From: an uncultured Gemmatimonadales bacterium
GTDB lineage: Bacteria > Gemmatimonadota > Gemmatimonadetes > Gemmatimonadales > Gemmatimonadaceae
Assembly (NCBI GenBank): GCA_963701965.1
Contig: OY969695.1
Coordinates: 4,128,001-4,192,000 of the forward strand
DNA length: 64,000 bases
Reading direction: 5' to 3'
Position numbers and translations under genes: made by a program. Within the stretch, counting starts at the first letter, position 1. Every line of letters begins with the position of its first letter. The notes under the pieces are model-generated. The model saw only the letters and a program-made list of their open reading frames with translations. It did no database searches and was not told the DNA's origin. Positions 1-9,661 of the stretch are shown here, one piece after another.

Positions 1-2014
1 CAGCACGAATCTCGACGAGTTCTACACCGTGCGCATCGCCGGACTCCGGCGCCAGGTGGCGGCGGGCATCGTGCCCGTGGCGCCCGACGGGATGACGCCG
101 TCGGAGCAGCTGGTCGCGATCAACGCGCGCGTCAACGCCCTCCTCACGCAACGCCGCACCTGCTTGCACGACGTCCTGCTGCCCGCGCTCTCCGAGCGCG
201 GCGTCCGTCTCGTCTCGATGGCCGACCTGACACCCAGCGAGTGGCTCACGGTCGACGATTTCTTCGAGTCGCAAGTCTTTCCAGTGCTGACGCCGCTGGC
301 CGTCGATCCCGGGCATCCATTCCCGTACATCTCGAACCTCTCGTTGTCGCTCGCCGTCGAGATTCGCGATCCGGTCTCCCAAACCGACCACTTCGCGCGC
401 GTCAAAGTGCCCAAGAGCCTGCCCCGCTGGGTGCCGTTCGGCCGCCCGCACTACTTCGTTCCGCTGGAGCAGGTGATCGGCACGAACCTCGGCGCGCTGT
501 TCCCGGGCATGGAGATTCTCGGCTGGTATGCGTTCCGCGTGACCCGCTACACGGACCTCGAGCTGGCCAAGATCAATGAAGCCGAAGATCTCTTGGCAAT
601 GATCGAACAGCAGGTCTTCGAGCGGCGGTTCAGCGAAGTCGTGCGGCTGGAAGTGCAGCCCAACATGCCCACGCACCTCCGGTCACTCCTGCTCGAGGAG
701 TTGCGCGAAGAAACGTCGGCCCATCTCCCGCCGCTCACGGAGGCCGACGTCCAGGAGGCCGATCCGCTGCTCGACCTGGGCGATCTCATGGCCCTCACCT
801 CGCTCGACATCCCCGACTTGCGCGACCCGCCGTTCACGGCCATGGTGGCGCCGGAGTTTCGCGACACGGTGGCCGGCGTGGGACATCTGACGATCTTCGA
901 TGCCATTCGCGAGCGCGACGTCCTCGTCCACCATCCGTTCGAGTCGTTTTCGGCGTCCGTCGAGCAGTTCCTGAAGACGGCGGCCCACGATCCCGCCGTG
1001 CAGGCCATCAAGATGACGCTGTATCGGACCTCGGGCGACGCCTCGATCGTGCACGCGCTCACCGAGGCCGCCATGCTCGGGAAGCAAGTGGCGGTGCTCG
1101 TCGAGCTCCAAGCGCGGGGCGACGAAGCCAACAACATCTCCTGGGCGCGCACGTTGGAAAATGCCGGCGTCCACGTGGCCTACGGCGTGCCAGGTCTCAA
1201 GACCCACGCCAAGACGACCCTGGTCGTCCGGCGCGACGTGGATGGGCTCCGGCGTTACGTACACATCGGCACCGGGAACTACAACTCCCTCACCGCCAAG
1301 TTCTACACGGACATCGGGTTGTTCACGTGCAGCCCGTCGATTGGCGCCGACGTGAGCGATCTGTTCAACTCGTTGACGGGATACTCGCGGCAACGCCTCT
1401 ATCGCAAGTTGCTCGTGGCGCCGGCCAACATGCTGGGGCGCTTTCTCGAACTGATCGATCGGGAGACGCAACTGGCGCGCGAGGGGAAAGGCGGCCGCAT
1501 CATCGCGAAGCTCAACGCCCTCGTGCACCCGGACGTCATCGAGACGCTCTACCGCGCGTCGCAAGCCGGCGTCGAGATCGACCTGATCGTCCGGGGCATT
1601 TGCTGCCTTCGTCCCGGCGTCGAGGGACTCAGCGATCGCATTCGCGTGCGCAGTATCATCGGCCGGTTCCTCGAGCACTCGCGCGTCTGGATGTTCGCCA
1701 ACGGCGGACAGCGCGAGTACTACATCGGGTCCGCCGACTGGATGCCACGCAATCTCGAGCGCCGCGTCGAGTGCGTGGTACCGGTCGACGATGTGGCGCT
1801 CCACGCCCGCCTCGAGTCGCTGCTGGCCACGTGCCTCGCCGACAACCGCCTGGCGTGGGACCTCGCTGCCGATGGGACCTATCGCCAGCGCCAGCCGGGC
1901 GACCAGCCGGAGCGCGCCAGCCAAAGGATCCTGATCCGCGATCCGTGGGGTCGGGATGTGCCCGTGCCGCGCGCCAGCGGCGAGCACCTCCGGCCAGAGC
2001 CCTCGACCGCATGA
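1..2014 (+). CDS. ppk1: Polyphosphate kinase 1 (5' end outside window)
   Basis: Frame open from position 2 (STNLDEFYTVR); motifs PVLTPLAVDPGHPFPYISNLS, HHPFESF, KMTLYRT, phospho-His KTHAK, HIGTGNYN, GRFLEHSR, GSADWMPRN. Confidence 0.97.
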   Translation, partial: STNLDEFYTVRIAGLRRQVAAGIVPVAPDGMTPSEQLVAINARVNALLTQRRTCLHDVLLPALSERGVRLVSMADLTPSEWLTVDDFFESQVFPVLTPLAVDPGHPFPYISNLSLSLAVEIRDPVSQTDHFARVKVPKSLPRWVPFGRPHYFVPLEQVIGTNLGALFPGMEILGWYAFRVTRYTDLELAKINEAEDLLAMIEQQVFERRFSEVVRLEVQPNMPTHLRSLLLEELREETSAHLPPLTEADVQEADPLLDLGDLMALTSLDIPDLRDPPFTAMVAPEFRDTVAGVGHLTIFDAIRERDVLVHHPFESFSASVEQFLKTAAHDPAVQAIKMTLYRTSGDASIVHALTEAAMLGKQVAVLVELQARGDEANNISWARTLENAGVHVAYGVPGLKTHAKTTLVVRRDVDGLRRYVHIGTGNYNSLTAKFYTDIGLFTCSPSIGADVSDLFNSLTGYSRQRLYRKLLVAPANMLGRFLELIDRETQLAREGKGGRIIAKLNALVHPDVIETLYRASQAGVEIDLIVRGICCLRPGVEGLSDRIRVRSIIGRFLEHSRVWMFANGGQREYYIGSADWMPRNLERRVECVVPVDDVALHARLESLLATCLADNRLAWDLAADGTYRQRQPGDQPERASQRILIRDPWGRDVPVPRASGEHLRPEPSTA

Positions 2015-2053
2015 TGCAGTGACTCGTCCACGCTCCGGCGGGTCTCCCCCATA

Positions 2054-2593
2054 GTGGCGAGTGACGCCGAAATCATCGCCCGCGTGATCGCCGGCGACGA
2101 GGATGCTTTCAGCGTCCTCGTGGCCCGGTACGGTGGGCGAGCGGCGCGATACGCGACGCGGATGCTCGGCGATCGAGCGGAAGCCGAAGAAGCGGTCCAG
2201 GACACTTTCGTGCGCGCCTATCGCGCGCTCGGCAGGTGCGCGGACCGCGAGCGGTTCGCCCATTGGCTGTTCAGTATATTGATCAACCGATGCCGAACCG
2301 CGGGCGCACGCTCAGGCCGGCGAAAACGAACGTTTGTGCGGGACGAGGCGGCCCTGGTGGCGGCGCCGGCGCTGGACTCCTTTGATGGGGCCGCGTGGCG
2401 CGAGGAGATCGCGCACGCCCTGGGTCAACTCGATCCGAGACAGCGGGAGGCGTTCCTGTTGAAGCACGTCGAGCAGTTGAGCTATGACGAGATGACGACC
2501 CTGACCGGGGTCGGCGTCTCCGCATTGAAGATGCGAGTCAAACGCGCGACGGATCAGCTGCGGACGTTGCTGTCGGGGGCATACAGTGCGTGA
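2054..2593 (+). CDS. ECF (sigma-70 group 4) RNA polymerase sigma factor
   Basis: Region 2 (AEEAVQDTFVRAY, FAHWLFSILINRC) and region 4 (REAFLLKHVEQLSYDEM...ALKMRVKRA); 179 aa. Confidence 0.93.
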   Translation: MASDAEIIARVIAGDEDAFSVLVARYGGRAARYATRMLGDRAEAEEAVQDTFVRAYRALGRCADRERFAHWLFSILINRCRTAGARSGRRKRTFVRDEAALVAAPALDSFDGAAWREEIAHALGQLDPRQREAFLLKHVEQLSYDEMTTLTGVGVSALKMRVKRATDQLRTLLSGAYSA

Positions 2594-3116
2594 CGCCGAA
2601 GAGATCACGGACGACCCGTTCATCGAGCGGATCGCGGCCGAGCTCCGCGCCGATGTGCCGCTGGCAGAGCGCGTCGCCCAACGCATCATGGCCGCCAGTC
2701 GTGTCACGAGCGCGGTGCGGGAGCATCAGGCCACGCGCCGGCGTGTGCGGCGTTGGTCGTGGGCGACTGCCGCGGTGGTGACGGTGGGAGTAGGGGCCAC
2801 GTTCACGGTCTTGCGTCTGGCGCCACGGTCGCCGATGACGCTGCCGGCGGTCCAGTTCAGCCTACCGCCGACGGCCGCGCGGGAGGTCGTTGTGGTCGGA
2901 GACTTCAATCACTGGGACGCCACGGCCACGCCGCTCCAGCGGTCGCGCGCCGATGGGTCGTGGCGGACGACGGTGCGGCTCGCACCCGGTCGCCACATTT
3001 ACGCGTTCGTCGTGGATGGCGAGCACTGGGTCGCCGACCCGGCGGCGCCATTGGCGCCCGGCGACGATTTCGGCGCGCCGAACTCCCTGATGACCGTCGC
3101 GCCCGGGGCCATATGA
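2586..3116 (+). CDS. Putative single-pass anti-sigma factor with C-terminal CBM48/AMPK-beta-type glycogen-binding domain
   Basis: Overlaps sigma stop; short N-terminal helix, one hydrophobic segment (WSWATAAVVTVGVGATFTVL), then VVVVGDFNHWD...LAPGRHIYAFVVDGEHWVADP...DDFGAPNS typical of CBM48. Confidence 0.8.
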   Translation: MRDAEEITDDPFIERIAAELRADVPLAERVAQRIMAASRVTSAVREHQATRRRVRRWSWATAAVVTVGVGATFTVLRLAPRSPMTLPAVQFSLPPTAAREVVVVGDFNHWDATATPLQRSRADGSWRTTVRLAPGRHIYAFVVDGEHWVADPAAPLAPGDDFGAPNSLMTVAPGAI

Positions 3117-3769
3117 AACGCCTCGTGCTGGTCGCCATGCTGGTCGCCACGCGGGCCCAGGGACAGGATGTCGACATGTCCCTGCGGGACCGGGTGGATT
3201 CGAGCACGTTCGCGTCGCTGCACGCGGTGATCAGCTCGGCCGAGGCCGCCAACCTGCCCACGAGTCCCCTCGTGGACAAGGCCCTCGAGGGCGTCGCCAA
3301 GCACGCCAGCGGTGACCGCATCGTCGCGGTCGTGCAAGACTTGGCCGCTCAGCTCGCCCACGCGCGCACCGTGCTCGGGCCCGCGGCGACCGCGGACGAA
3401 TTGACGGCTGGGACCGCGGCGCTCCGGGCGGGCATTCAGGTTGGAACGATTGTCGACCTGCGCCGCGCGCGCCATGGCGCGCCCGTGACCATCCCGTTGG
3501 CGGTCGCCGCCGAACTGGTCGCCCGCGGCATGTCACCGGACAGCGCCGCATCGACTATCTTGCGACTCGCCGCGGCTGGACGGGGCGACGCCGACATGGC
3601 GGCGGTGCCGCGGTCGCTCGGTTCGCCCTACCTGGCGTCGTCAGCGCCGCAGGGCGGCGCGCTGGGTGCAGCCGTTCCGACCACGAATCAGGGTCCGACG
3701 AACCTGACTGCGGGCCACACGAGCGAGCCATCGGGGCCTCCACCCAAACCCAAGCCACAGCGGCCCTGA
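3113..3769 (+). CDS. Exported helical hypothetical protein with Pro-rich tail
   Basis: ATGA overlap with upstream stop; signal peptide MKRLVLVAMLVATRAQG; ORF-track start 2753 is too far upstream. Confidence 0.75.
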   Translation: MKRLVLVAMLVATRAQGQDVDMSLRDRVDSSTFASLHAVISSAEAANLPTSPLVDKALEGVAKHASGDRIVAVVQDLAAQLAHARTVLGPAATADELTAGTAALRAGIQVGTIVDLRRARHGAPVTIPLAVAAELVARGMSPDSAASTILRLAAAGRGDADMAAVPRSLGSPYLASSAPQGGALGAAVPTTNQGPTNLTAGHTSEPSGPPPKPKPQRP

Positions 3770-3786
3770 CCCTCCTCGCGGCACTC

Positions 3787-4827
3787 GTGTGCGTCCGCGG
3801 GGCGGATGCGCAGTTCGTGGCTTCGCTCGACGCCAGTGCCGCACGATCGACATACGATGGCTATCTCCCGTCCAGCGTGCTCACGCTGGCGCCCGCCGTG
3901 CTGTTCACCCAACGCGACGTCCGCCTTGGGCTAGACGGCGCGTTCTCCCACTTCGAGAGCGGCCGGGGCAGCGCCCAAGTCGAATCCAATGCCGCGATCG
4001 GCGGTCCGATCGCCGGCGCACTCCACTGGGACGTCGGAGCCGATGGCAGCGGATCCTGGTACCGGAAGTTCGAGCCGATCTTCAGCGGCATGGTGGAGCC
4101 GCATATGCGACTCGACCTCGCCAAAGGCGGTGCCTGGGTCGGCGCGGGCGGCGGCGGCACCAGCGGTGACAGCGTCGGCGGACATGGCGTCGTGCGCGGC
4201 GAGGGAGGGATCTGGGGACGCGTCCCGTTTCTGACCGCGTCGCTGTCGCTGGCCAATACGGCGGCCGGTGCGGTCGGCTACACAGACATCGAGGCCGTCT
4301 TCCGCGGCGATCGGGGACGATTCGCGGGAACGGTCACCGCCGGTGTGCGCAGCAACGTGCGGTTGGGCGGCGTCGGGCAGTGGGTCAACGCCGAAGGGCG
4401 GTTCGGGGTGGTCGATGGCATCGCGTTGATCGCGGGCTGGGGCGCGTACCCGCCGGATCTCGTACGCGGGACGCCGGGCGCGCGCTTCATCACGTTCGGC
4501 GTACGCGCGAGCCACCCGACCCGGACGCTTGGGGCTCGCGAGCGCCCGCCCGCCGCTCCATCCGTCCTGCACGACCGTCAGACCGTACGGTTCACGGCGC
4601 CCGCCGGGAGCCACGTCGAGCTCATGGCCGACTTCACCGACTGGCACGCCGTGGACATGCGGGAAGTGGGCCTCGGCGTCTACGAGGCTACGGTGACCAG
4701 TCCGCTGACATCCGGGACGCACCGCGTGGACATCCGGATCAATGCCGGTCCGTGGATCGCACCGGCCGAGCTGCCCCCGGTGCACGACGACTTCGGCGGC
4801 GAGGCCGGCGCGTTGGTCGTGCCCTAG
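3787..4827 (+). CDS. Exported beta-rich (possible outer-membrane barrel) protein with C-terminal CBM48 domain
   Basis: Alternating Gly/aromatic beta-strand pattern; C-terminus VELMADFTDW...GTHRVDIRINAGPW...DDFGG is CBM48-like; start uncertain (hydrophobic leader extends to an in-frame CTG at 3766 overlapping the upstream TGA). Confidence 0.7.
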   Translation: MCVRGADAQFVASLDASAARSTYDGYLPSSVLTLAPAVLFTQRDVRLGLDGAFSHFESGRGSAQVESNAAIGGPIAGALHWDVGADGSGSWYRKFEPIFSGMVEPHMRLDLAKGGAWVGAGGGGTSGDSVGGHGVVRGEGGIWGRVPFLTASLSLANTAAGAVGYTDIEAVFRGDRGRFAGTVTAGVRSNVRLGGVGQWVNAEGRFGVVDGIALIAGWGAYPPDLVRGTPGARFITFGVRASHPTRTLGARERPPAAPSVLHDRQTVRFTAPAGSHVELMADFTDWHAVDMREVGLGVYEATVTSPLTSGTHRVDIRINAGPWIAPAELPPVHDDFGGEAGALVVP

Positions 4828-4830
4828 CGG

Positions 4831-6435
4831 CTAGTCGGTGTTGTCCGCGTCGTCGTGGCCGGTGATGACCTTGCCGTCGGGCCCCACGATTTCCACCGCG
4901 ACCCCGAGGATGCGGGCGAGCAACGCCGACTTGCGACTCGCGCCCCACAGCTCGAGACGCAAATCGCCCGCGCCGGGTTTGGGGATCGCCGTCAACCGCA
5001 TCGCGCGGCCCAGCCACCGGACCTTGATCCGGTCCACGGCGCCCACGTGGCCGCGGTCGAAGCCGTCGGCGATGCGGAGCAGGGCGGACAGGCGCTTGAT
5101 GCGCCGGCGAATGCCCGGATCGAGCGGGCCGTAGTTCCGATGCGATTTCTTGGGCCGCGCGCCGCGGTGGTAGCGGGCCACGTTGGCGATCGCGACCTGC
5201 TCCTCGGGCGAGAGACCGAGGAGGTCGGCGTGCAGGATCAGGTGATACGAGTGCTTGTTGTGATTGTGGTAGTTGATGTGGTACCCCACATCGTGCAGCA
5301 GGGCGGCGTCGGCGAGGATGTCGCGGTCGGCCGGCAAGGCGCCAATGCGCTCGCCGATCGCGTCGAACAGCTGCAGGGCCAGACGTTGCACTTGCCGCGC
5401 GTGGGGTTCCTCGTAGTGGCTGCGCTCGGCGAACTCCCGTACCGACCGTTCGCGGGCCTCGCCCGGATCGGCGACCGTCGGCGCGACGCGGGCCGTCTCC
5501 AACAAGAGCCCTTCGCGGATCCCGTAGGCCGAGACGTTCACCTCACGGGCCTCGACGCGCGCCAGGACTTCGGCGGACACGGCCAGGCCGGCCACGATGA
5601 TATCGGCACGCGCCGCATTGAGCCCTGGCACCTGTCGCCGCTCCTCGACCGACATGTCCTGCAGGATGTCGAGGATGTGCTCCAACTCCACGCGCGGCAC
5701 CCGCGTCGCGTGCACCGTGCGCGCCGTCTGGACGCCCTGCCGCGCCAGGTAGATGCCGGCGAGGTTCGTGAACGTGCCGCCGGATCCGATCACTTGGGCG
5801 CCGCGCCAGTCGCGCACGGGCAAGTGTTCGCGCAGCGCCTCGCGCACATCCTTGCGCAGCTCGCGCACCCCGCGCCGCGCCGGCACGCCGGCCAAGAACT
5901 CCTCGGTGAGCCGGATGGCGCCAAACGGCAGCGAGATCAACCGGTCGAGCAACCCATCGGCGGAGAGCGCCAACTCCAACGAACCGCCGCCGATGTCCAT
6001 GACGACCGCCCGACCGACGCCCAGGTCGAAATGGGCCAGGGCGCTGCGGAACGTCAGGCGCGCCTCCTCCTCGCCGATCAGCGCCCGCACCCGGAGCCCC
6101 GTCTCGGCCCGCACCAGCTCCAGGAACGCCGGACCGTTCACGGCGTCCCGGACAGCGCTGGTGGCGACGGCCTCGACCCGGCGCGCGCCCAGTTGCGCGG
6201 CCAGGGTCGACATGCGCCCTAGGGCATCGAGCGCGTCCTTCATGGCCTGTTCACTCAGTTCGCCGGACCCGGTGAGCCCCGCGCCGAGCCGGGGCGCCGC
6301 TTTGAGCTCGTCGACGATGCGGATGGTGCCGTTGGCCGACACGTCGGCCACGATCTGGCGGATCGAGTTCGATCCGATGTCGATCGCCGCGATGCGGCGG
6401 CTCGACTCGTCGCGACCGTTCTGCGAGCGCTCCAC
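4831..6435 (-). CDS. ppx: Exopolyphosphatase Ppx/GppA with HD domain
   Basis: AAIDIGSNS, ATSAVRDA, DIGGGSLE, GIREG, LLHDVG motifs; likely GTG start at 6435 overlapping phoU stop. Confidence 0.94.
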   Translation of the reverse strand: MERSQNGRDESSRRIAAIDIGSNSIRQIVADVSANGTIRIVDELKAAPRLGAGLTGSGELSEQAMKDALDALGRMSTLAAQLGARRVEAVATSAVRDAVNGPAFLELVRAETGLRVRALIGEEEARLTFRSALAHFDLGVGRAVVMDIGGGSLELALSADGLLDRLISLPFGAIRLTEEFLAGVPARRGVRELRKDVREALREHLPVRDWRGAQVIGSGGTFTNLAGIYLARQGVQTARTVHATRVPRVELEHILDILQDMSVEERRQVPGLNAARADIIVAGLAVSAEVLARVEAREVNVSAYGIREGLLLETARVAPTVADPGEARERSVREFAERSHYEEPHARQVQRLALQLFDAIGERIGALPADRDILADAALLHDVGYHINYHNHNKHSYHLILHADLLGLSPEEQVAIANVARYHRGARPKKSHRNYGPLDPGIRRRIKRLSALLRIADGFDRGHVGAVDRIKVRWLGRAMRLTAIPKPGAGDLRLELWGASRKSALLARILGVAVEIVGPDGKVITGHDDADNTD

Positions 6436-7157
6436 TACTGTCCGGCAGCCGACGCCAACCGATCCCGCTCGTACTCCTCGTAGCGATGCTTGATCTGCTT
6501 GCCCTCGGCCAGAAACACCGCGTCCTCCCCGATGTTCGTCGCCAGGTCGGCCACGCGCTCGAGGTTGCGGCCCACGAGCAGGAGCTCCAGCGACGGATTG
6601 ATGGTCCGGGCGTCGGCCATCATGTGCGTCAGCAGGATACGAAACAGGGAATTCATGAGGGAGTCGACCTGGTCGTCCGACGCGCACACCTCGCGGCCGA
6701 GCAGTCCGTCGGCCCGGATGAAGGCATCGAGCGCGTCGGACAGCATGCGCCGGGCGCGCCGCGCCATGTCTTCGATCTCCGGCTCCGGCGTGATCGTCGA
6801 CCGCATCGCCACCAGGCGCAACGCGCACTGGGCGATGTTGACGGCGTGGTCCCCCACCCGTTCCAGATCGCTCGAGATCTTGATCGCGCTGATGATGAAC
6901 CGGAGGTCGCGGGCCATGGGCTGCTGGGTCGCCAGCAGCGAGACGGCCAGGTTCTCGATCTCGACTTCCAGCACATCGAGCTCGCGGTCGCCGGCGATGA
7001 CCGCGTCCGCGCGGTCCTTGTCTTGTTTGAGCAAGGCGTCCACCGCCAGATCCACCAGGCCCTCGGACCGCTCGGACATCGTCATGAGACGATCCTTCAG
7101 CGTATCCAACTGCTCGTGGAAATGGCGGAAACCGGATTGGACTTCGGGGAGTGTCAT
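6435..7157 (-). CDS. phoU: Phosphate signalling complex protein PhoU
   Basis: [35 protein letters not shown] repeats; follows pstB. Confidence 0.96.
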   Translation of the reverse strand: MTLPEVQSGFRHFHEQLDTLKDRLMTMSERSEGLVDLAVDALLKQDKDRADAVIAGDRELDVLEVEIENLAVSLLATQQPMARDLRFIISAIKISSDLERVGDHAVNIAQCALRLVAMRSTITPEPEIEDMARRARRMLSDALDAFIRADGLLGREVCASDDQVDSLMNSLFRILLTHMMADARTINPSLELLLVGRNLERVADLATNIGEDAVFLAEGKQIKHRYEEYERDRLASAAGQ

Positions 7158-7930
7158 CCGAATCTCCCAGTGATGTAGGCATTCGTCCGCTCTTCACGAG
7201 GAGACGTGAAGAGTCGCTCCGTCGCGGCGACCTCGATCAACCGGCCGAGGTAGAAGAACGCGGTGAAATCGGACACCCGCGCCGCTTGCTGCAGGTTGTG
7301 CGTCACGATCACGATCGTCAACTCCCGCCGTAACTCGTACAACAGCTCCTCGATCTTCTGCGTGGCGATCGGATCGAGCGCGCTGGCCGGTTCATCCAAC
7401 AGCAGGACCTCGGGCTGGTTGGCCAGGGTGCGCGCGATGCACAGCCGCTGCTGCTGGCCACCGGAGAGCCCCAGGGCGCTCTCCCGCAGGCGGTCCTTGA
7501 CCTCCTCCCACAGCGCCGCCCGGCGCAGGGCGCTTTCCACCAGCTCGTCCAACTCGGCCCGGGTGCGGACGGCGTTGTTCAGGCGGGGGCCGTACGCCAC
7601 GTTGTCGTAGATCGACTTGGGGAAGGGGTTCCACCGCTGAAAGACCATGCCGACGCGCTGGCGCAGCGTCGTCACGTCCTGCCCGGATCCGTACAGATCG
7701 TCGCCATCGAGCAGGATCGCCCCGGTGTGCCGGACGTGGGGGATCGTGTCGTTCATGCGGTTGATCGACCGGAGGAAGGTCGATTTCCCGCAGCCCGAGG
7801 GCCCGATGAAGGCCGTGATGGCCCGCGGCGGCATCTCGAGGTCGACCTCGAAGAGCGCCTGCTTGGCGCCATACCAGAAGCAATACTTCCGTGCCGAAAT
7901 GGCGCCGGTCGTCGGGGGGGCGGCGGTCAT
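7154..7930 (-). CDS. pstB: Phosphate ABC transporter ATP-binding protein
   Basis: [39 protein letters not shown]-terminus. Confidence 0.96.
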   Translation of the reverse strand: MTAAPPTTGAISARKYCFWYGAKQALFEVDLEMPPRAITAFIGPSGCGKSTFLRSINRMNDTIPHVRHTGAILLDGDDLYGSGQDVTTLRQRVGMVFQRWNPFPKSIYDNVAYGPRLNNAVRTRAELDELVESALRRAALWEEVKDRLRESALGLSGGQQQRLCIARTLANQPEVLLLDEPASALDPIATQKIEELLYELRRELTIVIVTHNLQQAARVSDFTAFFYLGRLIEVAATERLFTSPREERTNAYITGRFG

Positions 7931-8748
7931 CCAAAGCGCCCGGTGATGTAGGCCTCGGTGCGGTGGTCGCCCGGAGTCGTGAACAGCCGGCTGGTCGGCG
8001 CGTACTCCACGAGCTCGCCGGCCAGCATGAACGCGGTCCGGTCCGAGACCCGCGCCGCCTGCTGCATGTTGTGGGTGACGATGATCACTGTCATGTCGCC
8101 GCGCAGCTCGTAGACCAACTCTTCGACTTTCTGCGTGCTGATCGGATCCAGGGAGGCCGTCGGCTCATCGAGCAGCAGCACATCGGGCTCGGTCGCCAAC
8201 GCCCGGGCGATACACAGGCGCTGCTGTTGGCCGCCGGACAGTCCGGTGGCGGCATCGCGGAGGCGGTCCTTGACCTCCTCCCACAGCGCGGCGCGCCGCA
8301 ACGCCTTCTCCACGATGGCATCAGCGTGCTTTTGATACTTGGCCGTCTTGACGCGCAGTCCGGCCGCGACGTTGTCGCGAATCGACATCGTCGGGAACGG
8401 CGTCGGGCGCTGAAAGACCATCCCGATCTTCTTCCGCACCTCGATCGGGTTGACGTCGCGGGCGTAAATGTCGCGTCCGGCCAGCGCCACGGTGCCGCGC
8501 ACCCGCCCGGTCGGCACGGTCTCGTGCATGCGATTGAGACAGCGGAGCAGGGTGGATTTGCCGGAACCGGAGGCGCCGATGATGGCCGTCACCAAACGCT
8601 CGGGGAAGTCGAGCGAGACGGACCGCACGGCTTCCGAGGACCCGAAGAACGCGGACAGCTTGTCCACGGCCAGCGCGGTGCGCGCCGCGCGCGCGGCCGC
8701 GTCGGCGGCCGGCGATATCGGCCGCGGCGCCGTCGCCGCCGCGGTCAC
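7927..8748 (-). CDS. pstB: Phosphate ABC transporter ATP-binding protein (second copy)
   Basis: [29 protein letters not shown]; likely GTG start at 8748 just after the pstA stop. Confidence 0.94.
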   Translation of the reverse strand: MTAAATAPRPISPAADAAARAARTALAVDKLSAFFGSSEAVRSVSLDFPERLVTAIIGASGSGKSTLLRCLNRMHETVPTGRVRGTVALAGRDIYARDVNPIEVRKKIGMVFQRPTPFPTMSIRDNVAAGLRVKTAKYQKHADAIVEKALRRAALWEEVKDRLRDAATGLSGGQQQRLCIARALATEPDVLLLDEPTASLDPISTQKVEELVYELRGDMTVIIVTHNMQQAARVSDRTAFMLAGELVEYAPTSRLFTTPGDHRTEAYITGRFG

Positions 8749-8755
8749 GGACGGG

Positions 8756-9661
8756 CTAATCCCCGCTATCGCCGGTGAACTGTCCACGGGTCGCGAAGCG
8801 GGCGACGAGGCTGATGATGAAGATGAGCGCGATGAGGACGAGGGCTCCGGCCCAGGCCTGGGCGTGCCAGTCGTCATAGGGGCTGACGGCATAGTTGAAG
8901 ATCTGCAGAGGGAGCGCGGCGATCGGCTGGTTGAGCGATGTCGACCAGAACTGGTTGCCGAGCACGGTGAACAGCAGCGGCGCCGTCTCGCCGGCGATAC
9001 GGGCCAGCGCGACGAGGGCGCCGGTCACGATGCCGGCGCTCGCCGTCCGGAGCACGATGGTGAGCGACGTCCGCCAACGCGCGTAGCCGAGCGCCAGCGC
9101 CGCCTCGCGTAACGAGACAGGGACGATCAGGACCATCTCTTCCGTCGTGCGCGCGACCATGGGAATCATCATGGCCCCGAGGGCCACGCCGCCCGCCCAG
9201 GCCGAGAAGTGGCCCAGGGGTCGCACCAGGAATTGCCACGCGAAGATGCCCATGACGATGGACGGCAGGCCGTTCAGCACGTCGGACAGGAACCGGACCG
9301 TATTGGCCAGCTTCGTGCCCCGATGCTCGGCCAGGTACAACCCGGCTCCGATCCCGACGGGCAGTCCGAACAGGCTGGCGACGCCGATCAGCATCAGCGT
9401 TCCGATGATCGCGTTCGCCATGCCGCCGCCCGCCTCGCCCGCCGGCTTGGGCATGTTCGTGAAGAAGTGCAGTTGGACCGAGCTGGCGCCGAACTTGAGC
9501 AGGTAGAAGCTGATCACGATCAGCGGCAGCGTGGCCAGGATGGCGGCGACGCCGATGAGAGCGACCATCACGGAATTCACGAATTTGCGGCGACCCAGGG
9601 ACTGGACCGCCCGCGCCGTAAATTGGCGCTGCCTGGTGCTGGGGCGGGCGGCCGCGGCCAT
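8756..9661 (-). CDS. pstA: Phosphate ABC transporter permease PstA
   Basis: GLPSIVMG, LREAALALG, ARIAGETAPLLFT; multiple TM segments. Confidence 0.95.
   Translation of the reverse strand: MAAAARPSTRQRQFTARAVQSLGRRKFVNSVMVALIGVAAILATLPLIVISFYLLKFGASSVQLHFFTNMPKPAGEAGGGMANAIIGTLMLIGVASLFGLPVGIGAGLYLAEHRGTKLANTVRFLSDVLNGLPSIVMGIFAWQFLVRPLGHFSAWAGGVALGAMMIPMVARTTEEMVLIVPVSLREAALALGYARWRTSLTIVLRTASAGIVTGALVALARIAGETAPLLFTVLGNQFWSTSLNQPIAALPLQIFNYAVSPYDDWHAQAWAGALVLIALIFIISLVARFATRGQFTGDSGD

Noticed and set aside
4831..7197. 788-aa PhoU-overlapping extension of Ppx
   Set aside because: The N-terminal ~250 aa is an off-frame read of phoU; Ppx motifs begin after 6435
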